The notes under the pieces were generated by a model. The model was not told the DNA's origin. It saw only the letters and a list, made by a program, of their open reading frames with translations, and searched no databases. The translations under genes were made by a program, and so were the position numbers. A DNA stretch of 64,000 nt from an uncultured virus (IMG/VR IMGVR_UViG_3300031857_023291) (taxonomy: Duplodnaviria > Heunggongvirae > Uroviricota > Caudoviricetes), in IMG/VR virus record IMGVR_UViG_3300031857_023291, one strand, 5' to 3'. The stretch's first letter is position 1; the number at the start of each line of letters is the position of its first letter. Shown in pieces: positions 36,573 to 46,712 of this stretch.

Positions 36573-37148
36573 ATGAATATTTACATTGTTGAACCCGTTG
36601 GTAAGTTTTTCCATACTGAAAAAGAACTATTGAAATTTCTTATTTCTGAAAAAAGTTCAAAAAAACTAAAAGTTAAAGTATTAAATTATACTATCGAATA
36701 TGATAACGATGCTGATGTTTTTTTAAATTCGGCTACTGAACAAATTGAGCTTGATACTAAACTAAATGGCGTACTAGGTGATGAATATTCAGAGAGTGTT
36801 CAGAAATTTATTCAAATGTTTAAAGATTTGGCTCCTAAATCTCCTTGGGATTCTTCAAAAATCAGATTGTCTGCCTTAAAAGTTTTAGAGCAATTACAAA
36901 TTACACCACCTACTAAAGAAGAGTTCTCAAAGGTTGTAAAAAGAAATTCTGAATATATCCTTTACAATGTATCTGACTCTGTGGAATGGTATAAAGCTGT
37001 ACTAAGCGTTTATCCTTTCAGAAAATTAACAGAAACTTGTAGAACAGAAAGAATTCACGCTGTTACTAAAGGAAGCACTTGGGATGGACACAGAACACCA
37101 ACTAATATGTTGAAGAATTTTGAAAAGGCTAAATTGAGTTCGAAATGA
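36573..37148 (+). CDS. Hypothetical protein, paralog of 37145
   Basis: Shared M.IV..K.F..E..L.K.L..EKS, TK.N..LGD, V.DSVEW. Confidence 0.75.
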   Translation: MNIYIVEPVGKFFHTEKELLKFLISEKSSKKLKVKVLNYTIEYDNDADVFLNSATEQIELDTKLNGVLGDEYSESVQKFIQMFKDLAPKSPWDSSKIRLSALKVLEQLQITPPTKEEFSKVVKRNSEYILYNVSDSVEWYKAVLSVYPFRKLTETCRTERIHAVTKGSTWDGHRTPTNMLKNFEKAKLSSK

Positions 37149-37726
37149 AAATGTATATAGTACATACCGATACTAAAAAACTATTTTATGATGAACAATC
37201 TCTAATTAAGTATTTAGGAACTGAAAAATCTAAACGTATTTATTATGGTGGAAAATATATTTCTAAATTAGACTGGGTTAAAATTGAAACAGTTGAGGTA
37301 GAAATACTAGAAGAATCAGTTGCATCATCTTACTTAGAATCTTATATTGAGTCTACTAATAGACAAACTAAAGTGAATAGCATTTTAGGTGATGATTTAT
37401 CACAAAAATTAGAGAAGTTCAAATCGATGTTTGAAGAGTTTGCAAAAGATGATGTTTTGAGAAAAAGATTTCTTAATCAGTTAGAAACTACTCCTGTTGA
37501 AAAGAAAACTTTATCAAAACTAATCTCAGTATGGACAGGATATCTTTTTTCAGTAAATGATTCAGTTGAGTGGTTTAGAGCGATATTAGATATACATAAC
37601 TTTAGAAAAATAGACGATTCTTATGTTAGAGAAATATTTTATTCTAATGGAACTTCAAGATATCAAAATGTAAAAGTCAGTGAATCAACTAAAGAGAACT
37701 TCTACAAAGCAAAGAAATTAGACTAA
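37145..37726 (+). CDS. Hypothetical protein, paralog of 36573
   Basis: As above; internal NRQTKVNSILG. Confidence 0.75.
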   Translation: MKMYIVHTDTKKLFYDEQSLIKYLGTEKSKRIYYGGKYISKLDWVKIETVEVEILEESVASSYLESYIESTNRQTKVNSILGDDLSQKLEKFKSMFEEFAKDDVLRKRFLNQLETTPVEKKTLSKLISVWTGYLFSVNDSVEWFRAILDIHNFRKIDDSYVREIFYSNGTSRYQNVKVSESTKENFYKAKKLD

Positions 37727-37935
37727 ACGTCTCTTCCGAAAATCTTTTTTTCGATATAGTCATCGATTTCACCTTTAGTTCCCTTTTTAAGTTCAGAATG
37801 AATCTTTTTAGTAATTTTCTTTAATTCGGAAATTGCTTTATTGAAATCTTTGAATGATGGACACTCTTCTAATGTTTCCGCTTTTTCGGATTTTGCCTCA
37901 GATAAGTAATTATTTACACTTTTTAAATGTTTCAT
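37723..37935 (-). CDS. Small N-tagged protein
   Basis: MKHLKSVNNYLSE. Confidence 0.65.
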   Translation of the reverse strand: MKHLKSVNNYLSEAKSEKAETLEECPSFKDFNKAISELKKITKKIHSELKKGTKGEIDDYIEKKIFGRDV

Positions 37936-39608
37936 AGTCTTGTTAATATTTTTTTGAAAGTTTCTAGTCCTCTTATTGTTTCTTCAAGATTATCACCTTT
38001 TAATCTCCATTCATCTGTTAAATAGTTATAACTTCTGGTATCCCTACCATTCAAAGCACTATCTAAGAAATATCTTAAATTTGATAATCCGTAAGTGTCT
38101 GAATTCATTAAGTTTCTAATGTTCAATACTTTTGCTTTAACAATTTCTAAATCTTCTATACAATCAAATGGTAGACTCATTATTTTTTGATTTACTTGTC
38201 TACTAACATCTTCTAAAGTGTTAAGTAAATCTAAATAAACTTTTTTCTCTGGGTCTTTTGAAAGTTGAGTTCCACAATAAGTTAAAACTTGTCTAATATC
38301 GGACACATCAGATGCTGTTGTTTCGTAATATCCTTTTATAGTTCTTTTCAAATCATTCAAAACATAATCCAATTCTTCTTTGTTAGAATTTTCTACTTGT
38401 TTGTATTTTATAATTTGTGCGTATTTATTTATTATTCTTGTAAAGTTATCTTCGAACCTTGAACGAGGACAGATTACAAAAAGAGCGTAAGGTCCACCAA
38501 TCATTCTGTTTGTTACTGATTTAACATTTTTAATATCCGAAACTAAATCACTTTTTTCAGCAATTTTATTCATATATCTTTCAATGTTTTCTTTTCTAAT
38601 CATATCATCGGTTACGGTAAGTTTACTTCCTGATTTTGCTTCCTCTCTTTCACTTCTAATTACCGGAACTTTTTTAACATCAGATTGTTTCAACATTTCA
38701 TAATCAAATACTAATGCAAAATGAGCATCTTTAATATATTCCTCAACACTTCTTCGTCTATCTAAACTCATTTCACCACGCCATCCAAATGATAACAAGT
38801 AATTATAAGTAAATGGGTCTATTTCAGTTTGTTTTTCTGTTTCTTCATCTGATTTACTTGGTTCTAATATCGAAATAGTGTAAAAGTCTCCACCGGAAAC
38901 ATTCCAAGAGTATCTGCCATATGAGTGCCATTCTCTACCACTTGGTGATCCACCTTCATATCTATTTTGAATACAAAAAAAATCACCTCGTCCTTTATAG
39001 AAGACGGCTTTTACCGTATCATCTCCACTATTTGGTCTTAGTAAAACTGGTGTAAGGTGTTCTAATGATTGCAATCTACTTGGCCAATCTGATTGGTTTG
39101 AATTTATAACGCTTTTAACTTTATATCCTTCAATCGAATCATTCATTGTTGGTGCTTTTTGAGTTCCATCACATCCTGTTGTTGATACCATCTTTCCATC
39201 TCTACTGAACCAAAATTTAATAATTTTTAATTCTTCTTTTGGTGGTTCAATTCCAGTTCCACCACAATTAGGACATTCAACTATTCTAACTCTAGAACCC
39301 CACATTCTTTTTATTTTACCACCTTCACATTTTTCACCTTCTATTCCGTGACCACCAAAAGATGATTTAGATGTCGATGGACAAGGTTTCTCTTCTAACT
39401 TAGCATTAACCTTAAGTGCTTTACTATAAGGTAAGTATTGAAACATATCATCGTTTAATTGAGATACTGGAAAACTTAGTTTATCGCATATTTTTTTCAA
39501 ACGAGAAACAAAACTTTCTCTTGATTCTTTATCAATATATCCCAATGTCTTAGTGAGCTTCACCGACTCGAAAGCCTCGAATAATTTTAAGTATTTTAAT
39601 TGTTTCAT
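37932..39608 (-). CDS. N-tagged 558-aa protein with CxxCxGxG Zn-finger
   Basis: MKQLKYLKLFEAFES; CPNCGGTG. Confidence 0.75.
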   Translation of the reverse strand: MKQLKYLKLFEAFESVKLTKTLGYIDKESRESFVSRLKKICDKLSFPVSQLNDDMFQYLPYSKALKVNAKLEEKPCPSTSKSSFGGHGIEGEKCEGGKIKRMWGSRVRIVECPNCGGTGIEPPKEELKIIKFWFSRDGKMVSTTGCDGTQKAPTMNDSIEGYKVKSVINSNQSDWPSRLQSLEHLTPVLLRPNSGDDTVKAVFYKGRGDFFCIQNRYEGGSPSGREWHSYGRYSWNVSGGDFYTISILEPSKSDEETEKQTEIDPFTYNYLLSFGWRGEMSLDRRRSVEEYIKDAHFALVFDYEMLKQSDVKKVPVIRSEREEAKSGSKLTVTDDMIRKENIERYMNKIAEKSDLVSDIKNVKSVTNRMIGGPYALFVICPRSRFEDNFTRIINKYAQIIKYKQVENSNKEELDYVLNDLKRTIKGYYETTASDVSDIRQVLTYCGTQLSKDPEKKVYLDLLNTLEDVSRQVNQKIMSLPFDCIEDLEIVKAKVLNIRNLMNSDTYGLSNLRYFLDSALNGRDTRSYNYLTDEWRLKGDNLEETIRGLETFKKILTRL

Positions 39609-41293
39609 ATTTGTGGTCCTACTATTTCAACTTTTGTTCCTTTTCTTCTAATATCAGAAATAAATTCTTTAGAATCTTTATCACTAACTAAATCACCAGA
39701 GATTACCAATTTATCTAAATGTAAGTTTAATAAAGATTCTTTCATATCCATTAAACTATCAAGTGTAAAGATTAATTGCAATTCTTTTAGATTTTTGAAT
39801 TGTGAGAAAGTAAAATCACCTGTCAAGTCACAACTTACTATCTGTAACTTTTCAATATTCGGATTAATTAAATTAATATCATCAAATACCGTAGAGTTGA
39901 ATTTACATTTATCAAAAGCAATTTGATTAGTTTTGATTTTATCGAAACCTGAAAGATTAGATATTTTTAAGAATTTGAACTTAACCCATTCTAAATCCAT
40001 TGGTATATCTAAGAAGTTTTCAGGAATATCTGTTGTTTCAATGATTACTTCTTTAATTCTTGCTTTAGGAGAAATTTTCACCTGTGACCAATCATGTAAT
40101 CTATTTAAATAAAGAGTTTTGGTATTAACTCCGATGAATTTACCTCTTGATAGTCTTAATCTATCCATATACGGATCTCTGATTTGGTCATCATCATCAC
40201 TAACATCTGGTGTGAAAAGGTATCTTAGACTTGATCTATCTTCTTGATCAACTGGTATGTTCCCACTATACTTTTTAACGATCTCTCCGAATACATCACC
40301 ATAACTACCATCTTTCATTCTATCAGGATAAGCTCTATCGAAGAATAAAGTTTTTTCTTTTTTATCATCGAATGATTCGAGGTTTCTAATCATCATTCTT
40401 GATAGAGGTAGTTTATCTGAAATCTTCTCACCATTCCAAAGTATTGGTGTATCAAATACTAAAAATGCTGGAATTGAATTCGGATCAAAAACATTTCCTA
40501 AAAGTTGTTCTCTGTATCCACCAGTATAAAGGTGTTGACAAGAAGCATAAAACTTAGAAATAGACATATTTAGTATGTCTTTTGGGTTGTGATTTATTTC
40601 TAAGTAAAGGTCTTTTCCGAAAATATTATATTCATATTTATAATCTCTATTGTGATTTTCTTTAGCTAAGTTTCTCAATTGTGAGATACCTCTTTTTTGA
40701 AAACCAGAAGTTTCTACTTTCTCATCTGTATAACATCTATTATAATCATCAATGAATGTGTTTATATTTACTAAATTGTTTGTGAAAATAGGATCTCCTT
40801 CATTCTTTTTGATACGAATCATGTTACCACCTTCATCTCTTAAAGGTCTACCATTTTCATCTTTTTGAATCATCTCATCAGCTTTTGTTTGATTAATATC
40901 TAACTTTCTGAATACCGGTTCATAAAGGAAAACAATTTGGTCAACCGTTGGTGATTGAATGTTGAACTCTGACATAACGGTAGCTGCTTCTTCAGTAAGT
41001 AATTTAGTATCAATTGATTCAGCAATTACTGAGTTTAATCTATCTGGAAGTGAGCTAAAGAATTGCATAATTTCACCCATATCACAATCAAAAAATGCAG
41101 AAAGAACTTTAATTCTATCTTCATCTTCTAGTTTCCACTTACCTTGGGTTATTTTATCTGTAGGTTGTATTTCTTCATAATCAAGAAACTTTTCACCCCA
41201 TCTACTAGTGACTTCTTTTGCTTGTTTAGCAAATATCACATCTCTAATTTTGGCTTCATTAAGCCATTGTTCTCTAGTTTTGATCCATTTCAT
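39605..41293 (-). CDS. N-tagged protein with SC..R..DR.Y..PYMD domain and C-terminal LRR-like region
   Basis: MKWIKTREQWLNE; ASCQH, FFDRAY, PYMD; LxxLxL repeats. Confidence 0.7.
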   Translation of the reverse strand: MKWIKTREQWLNEAKIRDVIFAKQAKEVTSRWGEKFLDYEEIQPTDKITQGKWKLEDEDRIKVLSAFFDCDMGEIMQFFSSLPDRLNSVIAESIDTKLLTEEAATVMSEFNIQSPTVDQIVFLYEPVFRKLDINQTKADEMIQKDENGRPLRDEGGNMIRIKKNEGDPIFTNNLVNINTFIDDYNRCYTDEKVETSGFQKRGISQLRNLAKENHNRDYKYEYNIFGKDLYLEINHNPKDILNMSISKFYASCQHLYTGGYREQLLGNVFDPNSIPAFLVFDTPILWNGEKISDKLPLSRMMIRNLESFDDKKEKTLFFDRAYPDRMKDGSYGDVFGEIVKKYSGNIPVDQEDRSSLRYLFTPDVSDDDDQIRDPYMDRLRLSRGKFIGVNTKTLYLNRLHDWSQVKISPKARIKEVIIETTDIPENFLDIPMDLEWVKFKFLKISNLSGFDKIKTNQIAFDKCKFNSTVFDDINLINPNIEKLQIVSCDLTGDFTFSQFKNLKELQLIFTLDSLMDMKESLLNLHLDKLVISGDLVSDKDSKEFISDIRRKGTKVEIVGPQI

Positions 41294-41346
41294 AGTCATA
41301 TATATTAAATCTGTTTTGTCAAAATCTCATCTTAATATATATTAAA

Positions 41347-42522
41347 GTGAAAAAGATTAAAAGATTTGGCGACTTTGATGACTTAGATTTTATATCTGAG
41401 TCAAGAGTTTATTTTATGAATGATCTAATTTTAAAACTACGTGAGATTAGAGATGAACAAAATAACGAGTGGGCTTCTAAACTACTTAAATCACAGGGAA
41501 AAGATATTGATTCAGACACAACATTCTTAGAGTTAGATGGTGATACTTTCTCATTTTCTAAAGAAGAAGATGTTAAAAAGTTTTTGACCAGATTGATTCA
41601 TAGAGAGGATATAGATGATTTTTTTGGTGATGATAGAGTAAATAGACCTAGTGTTAATAATTATGTTCATCATTTAGACCAACATTACTTACAAAGACAA
41701 CCAAATAGGGGTCAGGTTAAAATGGGTAGAATTATTAAAAAGTTAATACCTGAAATCCCAGACAAAGATTTAGAAAGTTTAGTTAATAATTTAAAATCTG
41801 AACAAACTGGATATGAAATGAAGTTAGTCAAAGGTGCTGAGATTGCAAAGTTTTACCAAAGTGAAAATTGTGACCAAAAGCTTTACAGATATGGAACACT
41901 TCAATCATCTTGTATGACGAATAAAGCTGAAATAAAACCTTACATATTTGATATCTATACAAAAAATCCAGATACCTGTCAGTTACTTGTTATGTTAAAT
42001 AGTAATGGTCAATTGATGGGTAGAGCTTTAGTTTGGACTATAGATGAGATAGGTAGATGGAGTGAGACTAAAAATGAAAAATTCTATTCAAATTTTGATG
42101 TTGATTGGCAAAAAGTCAAAGTTGAACCTTATCATAATCAATTAATTAAAGGAAAAACTAAAAACTTATTCTTTATGGATAGAGTTTATTACACAAAAGA
42201 CTGGATAAACAATGCTTTTCAGAAATGGGCTCGAGATAATAATTTTATGATGAAGATTGGAGAAGGTATAAGTTATAAAGGTGAAGTTGCATCACCAACA
42301 CTTTTTGTTAAAGTAAACAAAATAGCATATAGACATTTTCCATATATGGACACATTTAAAAACTATGATGTTCAATCAGGAACTTTATGTAATTACGAAG
42401 TGAATTATAGAGGATTTAATTTAGGTGATACTCAGGGTGGATACTCTCTAAGAGGAAGTGGTTTAGAAAAAACTATCGACAAAGCTACAAACTATGTTAG
42501 AAGATTTAAAGATTATTTTTAA
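41347..42522 (+). CDS. N-tagged protein with SCM..GRALVW..MDRVY..PYMD domain
   Basis: MKKIKRFGDF; motif series recurrent in phage proteins of unknown function. Confidence 0.7.
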   Translation: MKKIKRFGDFDDLDFISESRVYFMNDLILKLREIRDEQNNEWASKLLKSQGKDIDSDTTFLELDGDTFSFSKEEDVKKFLTRLIHREDIDDFFGDDRVNRPSVNNYVHHLDQHYLQRQPNRGQVKMGRIIKKLIPEIPDKDLESLVNNLKSEQTGYEMKLVKGAEIAKFYQSENCDQKLYRYGTLQSSCMTNKAEIKPYIFDIYTKNPDTCQLLVMLNSNGQLMGRALVWTIDEIGRWSETKNEKFYSNFDVDWQKVKVEPYHNQLIKGKTKNLFFMDRVYYTKDWINNAFQKWARDNNFMMKIGEGISYKGEVASPTLFVKVNKIAYRHFPYMDTFKNYDVQSGTLCNYEVNYRGFNLGDTQGGYSLRGSGLEKTIDKATNYVRRFKDYF

Positions 42523-42524
42523 TT

Positions 42525-43418
42525 ATGATGAATGATTTACCTGAGGAATTCGATTGGGTGTTTTATTTGAACAACTATGATGATTTAAAAAATGCTGGCC
42601 TTAGAACTGAAGATGATGCTATAGAACATTTTTTAAATTTTGGTCAGTTTGAAAATAGGATTTATAAAAGAAAATATTCAATTTTAAAAAATCATAATAT
42701 TGAAAAGTTTGACGTTTCTGTTATAATCTCACTTTTTAACTATTCAGATTACATCAAAACTGCAATAGATTCTGTTGTTTCTGATGAAACAAAACCACTA
42801 ACTGAAATAGTAATTGTAGATGATTGCTCAACAGATAACTCTTTGGATATTGTTAAATCATATTTAGACAGTGACTCAAATATAACAATCATTGCTAAAA
42901 GTGAAAACACTGGCTTAGTTGAAACTAGAAATTTAGGTATACTGAATTCAAGTGGTGATTGTGTTTTTATTTTAGACGCGGACAATCAAATAAATAAAGA
43001 TTGTCTTATTGAGCATTTTAATTTTTTAAAAGTCAATACGGAATTCATTGCTTGTTATGCAAAAATTGAGTGTTTTGATAAGTCGAATGTGTTTGTAAGA
43101 GAGATGTCAAATAATGAGTTTAGTTATGAAATGTTAAAGTATGGCAACTACATCGATGCGATGTCTATGTTTGATAAAAAAAAATTAATTGATATAGGAT
43201 TATATGACACAAACCTAAAAAATTTTGGAATAGGATGGGAAGACTATGAATTATGGTTAAGAATTGCTAATATAGGAGGAAAAGTTGGATTCATTGATAA
43301 ACCTCTTAGTAAGTATTTAGTCAAGAATGACTCAATGTTATCAATCACTAATCAAAAAAATAATAAAAATAATCTAATATATTATTTAAACAATAAGTAC
43401 AATGCCAATATTCAATAA
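42525..43418 (+). CDS. Glycosyltransferase family 2 with N-terminal FDW repeat
   Basis: VSVII..FN, IVDDCSTD, N.G...TRN.G, LDAD, EDYELWLR. Confidence 0.9.
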   Translation: MMNDLPEEFDWVFYLNNYDDLKNAGLRTEDDAIEHFLNFGQFENRIYKRKYSILKNHNIEKFDVSVIISLFNYSDYIKTAIDSVVSDETKPLTEIVIVDDCSTDNSLDIVKSYLDSDSNITIIAKSENTGLVETRNLGILNSSGDCVFILDADNQINKDCLIEHFNFLKVNTEFIACYAKIECFDKSNVFVREMSNNEFSYEMLKYGNYIDAMSMFDKKKLIDIGLYDTNLKNFGIGWEDYELWLRIANIGGKVGFIDKPLSKYLVKNDSMLSITNQKNNKNNLIYYLNNKYNANIQ

Positions 43419-43962
43419 CGAAATAACATTTATTCACATTCCTAAATGCGGTGGAACTACAATAGAAAGATTCTTGGAAAGTAAAGGATATAAAATGAGT
43501 CTATTTACTTCTACTGGTTCAATTTTTATAAATGGACATACGCCTCAACATTGCACTTATCGTGAGTTGGATGAGTTAAATTTGTTGACTGATAAAATAT
43601 TTACTATAGTCAGACCAGAGTGTGATAGAGTTTTATCAGAATACTTCTATATTTTAGAAAAAAGACCAGATTTAAAAGAGTTATTTACAGACTTCGATAG
43701 TTTTCTGGAATTGTTTTTAGATAAAAAAAACTCACTTTTATTTGATAATCATAATTTATCCAACAAAGATTTTCTAATAAACTCAAAAGGTGAAATAGAT
43801 TCAAAAATAAAAATATTTGATTTCTTCGATGTCAATGGAATAGAAGAATACCTTCAAATTAGTGGTTTAAATGAGTTTCATGAAATGAAAACAAACAAAA
43901 TCAATCTAATTACTGATGAGCATTCAAAAAAAATAAGTAATTTTTATAATGATAATCAATGA
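43402..43962 (+). CDS. Sulfotransferase family 2-like protein
   Basis: FIHIPKCGGT; FTIVRP..R.LSEY. Confidence 0.8.
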   Translation: MPIFNNEITFIHIPKCGGTTIERFLESKGYKMSLFTSTGSIFINGHTPQHCTYRELDELNLLTDKIFTIVRPECDRVLSEYFYILEKRPDLKELFTDFDSFLELFLDKKNSLLFDNHNLSNKDFLINSKGEIDSKIKIFDFFDVNGIEEYLQISGLNEFHEMKTNKINLITDEHSKKISNFYNDNQ

Positions 43963-44560
43963 TAGATACAAATTTATTTTTGTTCATATACAAAAAACAG
44001 CAGGTACTTCAATAACTAACAGTTTATTTGAATTACCAGAAACGAAACATCTTCATCACCCACATTCTAAGCTAAATACAATTGATTTAGATAATTACAA
44101 AGACTATATAAAATTTTGCTTTGTAAGAAATCCGTTTGATAGGTTAGTGTCTTGGTATAATATGATATTACAAAAAGGAATCCATAATGATTGGAGTAAA
44201 TACATTTTAGAAAACTCTAATAGCTTTTCAGAGTTTTTAGATTTGACCGAGGTTGTCAATGAAACTAATCCTATTGAATTGATTTCAGAGATTGAATATC
44301 CGAAATCTATATCTCACAATCAAATTGACTATATTACAGATAAATCAGGTAATATTCAATCTGATTTCATAGGAAGATTTGAAAATATAAACGAAGACTT
44401 TACTAAAATTTCAGATATGATAGGTTTCAAAGATTTATCTCTGCTGTATTTGAATAGTTTTAATCACAAACAGTATAGGAATTACTATAAAGATTCTGAT
44501 ATCGAAAAAGTTTTTAATTTATATAAAAAAGATATTGATTACTTTAACTATCATTTTTAG
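43949..44560 (+). CDS. Sulfotransferase family 2-like protein
   Basis: FVHIQKTAGTS; FVRNPFDRLVS; FIGRFE; Y..DI..F.Y.F. Confidence 0.88.
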   Translation: MIINDRYKFIFVHIQKTAGTSITNSLFELPETKHLHHPHSKLNTIDLDNYKDYIKFCFVRNPFDRLVSWYNMILQKGIHNDWSKYILENSNSFSEFLDLTEVVNETNPIELISEIEYPKSISHNQIDYITDKSGNIQSDFIGRFENINEDFTKISDMIGFKDLSLLYLNSFNHKQYRNYYKDSDIEKVFNLYKKDIDYFNYHF

Positions 44561-44605
44561 TGTAATTTTTATTTTATTTATTATATTTGTCTAAAATATA
44601 TCTAA

Positions 44606-45223
44606 ATGAAAACATCTTTTAAACTTTTTGATTTTGTCGGTGCTCCTGTTGAACTCAGTATTTGGTTCTTTATTCTTTTTCTTTTTGCTCCTGTAAGTTG
44701 GGTACTAGCAATTTTTATTTCAGTTTTAATACATGAATTAGCACATGCCTATATTGCTGATAGAAAAGGTTGGAGAGTTTATGGAATTCGTGTCGATTTA
44801 TTTACCGGTTCTGCTTCAGTTGATACAAACATTCCAGAAAAAGATTCAATACCAGTAGTCGCCGCAGGTCCGATTAGTAACTTATTGCTCATGTTGGTCT
44901 CTGTGCCATTGTATATGTTATTTCAACAAACTAGTCCATTGATTGGTAAGTTTTTACTTGACTTATCAGTAGTAAACTTATTTATGTTTTTATTCAATAT
45001 CTTACCAATTTATCCTATGGATGGTGGACGCTTACTAAAAGATTTTTTGTTTTTAAAAATGAGAAATAACAGGTCTTTAGCTAAAAAGATCTCAGGTTAT
45101 GTTTCTTTATTTTTTTCAACTGCGTTGTTACTATATTCTATATCTATCTCAGCAGTTGTTTTAACTGTGTTTTCAGCGCTATTCATATACACATCATTGC
45201 GAGAAGTTGATATTATCAAGTAA
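44606..45223 (+). CDS. Site-2 protease (M50 intramembrane metalloprotease)
   Basis: HELAH, AAGP.SN, FNILPIYPMDGG. Confidence 0.92.
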   Translation: MKTSFKLFDFVGAPVELSIWFFILFLFAPVSWVLAIFISVLIHELAHAYIADRKGWRVYGIRVDLFTGSASVDTNIPEKDSIPVVAAGPISNLLLMLVSVPLYMLFQQTSPLIGKFLLDLSVVNLFMFLFNILPIYPMDGGRLLKDFLFLKMRNNRSLAKKISGYVSLFFSTALLLYSISISAVVLTVFSALFIYTSLREVDIIK

Positions 45224-45242
45224 TCTAATTAATATATAACTA

Positions 45243-45428
45243 ATGTGTGATTGGAAAAGACTTAGGACTGATGAACTACTAGAAGGAATAGATTTTTACT
45301 GGGAAGAAAAAGATGGTCTTAAGTTAAGAGTCTTCACTGAAGAATATCTTCGAATGATTAGACCAAAGTGTTGTCAATCCGGTTGTAGAAATTGTCCTTG
45401 GAAATATGAAAAAAAGTCAAAGAAATGA
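45243..45428 (+). CDS. Small Cys-rich protein (DUF5522-like)
   Basis: VFTEEYL..R..CCQSGCRNCPW. Confidence 0.7.
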   Translation: MCDWKRLRTDELLEGIDFYWEEKDGLKLRVFTEEYLRMIRPKCCQSGCRNCPWKYEKKSKK

Positions 45429-45660
45429 ACATATCAATTGTCCGAGTTGTGGTGATGTTTGTATTTTAAAATCCAATTACAATGATGTTTATGTAGGTAA
45501 AATTAATTCTAAAATTTGGGTTAATTTTCTCAGCTATCAATGTGATTTTTGTGAAGAATCTTTTACTTCAACAGAGATTGATGAAGTCAATTTGGCTGAA
45601 ATTAATATTAAAATTCGTAATTTTAGAAGAATGTTTAAAATAAAAAAAATTATAAAATAA
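45406..45660 (+). CDS. Zn-ribbon protein (YgiT/MqsA-like ribbon)
   Basis: CPSCG...CDFCEESF. Confidence 0.6.
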   Translation: MKKSQRNEHINCPSCGDVCILKSNYNDVYVGKINSKIWVNFLSYQCDFCEESFTSTEIDEVNLAEINIKIRNFRRMFKIKKIIK

Positions 45661-45692
45661 AAAAACCCTACTTAATCAAGTAGGGTTTTTTT
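45657..45692. terminator. Bidirectional intrinsic terminator
   Basis: AAAAACCCTACTT-AATC-AAGTAGGGTTTTT between convergent genes. Confidence 0.85.
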
Positions 45693-45707
45693 AATAATTA
45701 CAAATTA

Positions 45708-45980
45708 TTAATTTACTGTGTTTGTCAATGACGAACCTGCTTTGAATTTTGCAACTCTTTTTGCAGGGATATCAATAACTTCACCGGTCTTAGGATTTCT
45801 ACCTTTACGAGCTTGTCTTTCAGTTGTTGTGAAAGTACCAAATCCTACAAGTGTCACTTTATCACCCTTAGAAAGGGCTTCAGTGATAATAGATGTCATA
45901 ACATCTAAAATTTGATTGGACTTAGTCTTAGTCAAGCCAGTTTGTTCGGAAATCGAATTTACTAAATCTGCCTTATTCAT
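45708..45980 (-). CDS. hup: HU DNA-binding protein
   Basis: MNKADLV, VTLVGFGTF, R.GRNPKTGE, KFKAG. Confidence 0.96.
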   Translation of the reverse strand: MNKADLVNSISEQTGLTKTKSNQILDVMTSIITEALSKGDKVTLVGFGTFTTTERQARKGRNPKTGEVIDIPAKRVAKFKAGSSLTNTVN

Positions 45981-46067
45981 ATGCCGTTTGCTTTTTTTTT
46001 CTTACGTTTCACGTATAACATGTATATTATTAGACCGGCTCTAAGTTTTAAAAAGTTGTGTAAAAAA

Positions 46068-46388
46068 TTAAATTTTTTTTTCTACATAAGTAACTTTTTC
46101 ACCTACTATGAATCCATTCTCTACCAAAAGAGGTAGACTATTATCTTTACACCAGGCATAAATAGTGTAATCTTTGAAGTTATCAGAGACGTAGTTCCAT
46201 CTTGTATTCCATAAATTTCTATAAATTCCTTTTCTTCTCCAATCAGGATGAACCCAAGCATCTAAGAATTTTATTTTATTATTAATTTCAACTTTCATAA
46301 AAATATGACCAACCACCTCATCATCAATGAGTGCTATCCAAGTTTCTAAGCCCTGTGAATTTGATTTTGTGTGTATTATTCTTTCCAA
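46068..46388 (-). CDS. GNAT acetyltransferase
   Basis: WVHPDWRRKGIY motif A; GF near C-terminus. Confidence 0.8.
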   Translation of the reverse strand: MERIIHTKSNSQGLETWIALIDDEVVGHIFMKVEINNKIKFLDAWVHPDWRRKGIYRNLWNTRWNYVSDNFKDYTIYAWCKDNSLPLLVENGFIVGEKVTYVEKKI

Positions 46389-46445
46389 AGTCTTTATTTA
46401 CCGATGTTTTAATTATATATTAATAAATAAAACAAAAAATTACAT

Positions 46446-46709
46446 TTATAATTGGTAATAAAGTTCAGAAAAAACTGGTGATCGTCTGATTATTTCTTTT
46501 ACTAAAACCTTATCTAAGTCAGTTAGCAAAACTTTTACCACCTCATCAGAAAACTCTTTGATTACAATTTGGTCATTATAAAGATCTATTATATCTTTTT
46601 TAGTTATATGTAAATCTATTGTTCCTAAAGTACTTATGTGTTTGATAAATCCAAATTTACATAAATTTGTAAAAGAAAATTCATCTAAGATTATTCTTCT
46701 TTCTTTCAT
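46446..46709 (-). CDS. Hypothetical protein
   Basis: ORF track. Confidence 0.65.
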   Translation of the reverse strand: MKERRIILDEFSFTNLCKFGFIKHISTLGTIDLHITKKDIIDLYNDQIVIKEFSDEVVKVLLTDLDKVLVKEIIRRSPVFSELYYQL

Positions 46710-46712
46710 TGT

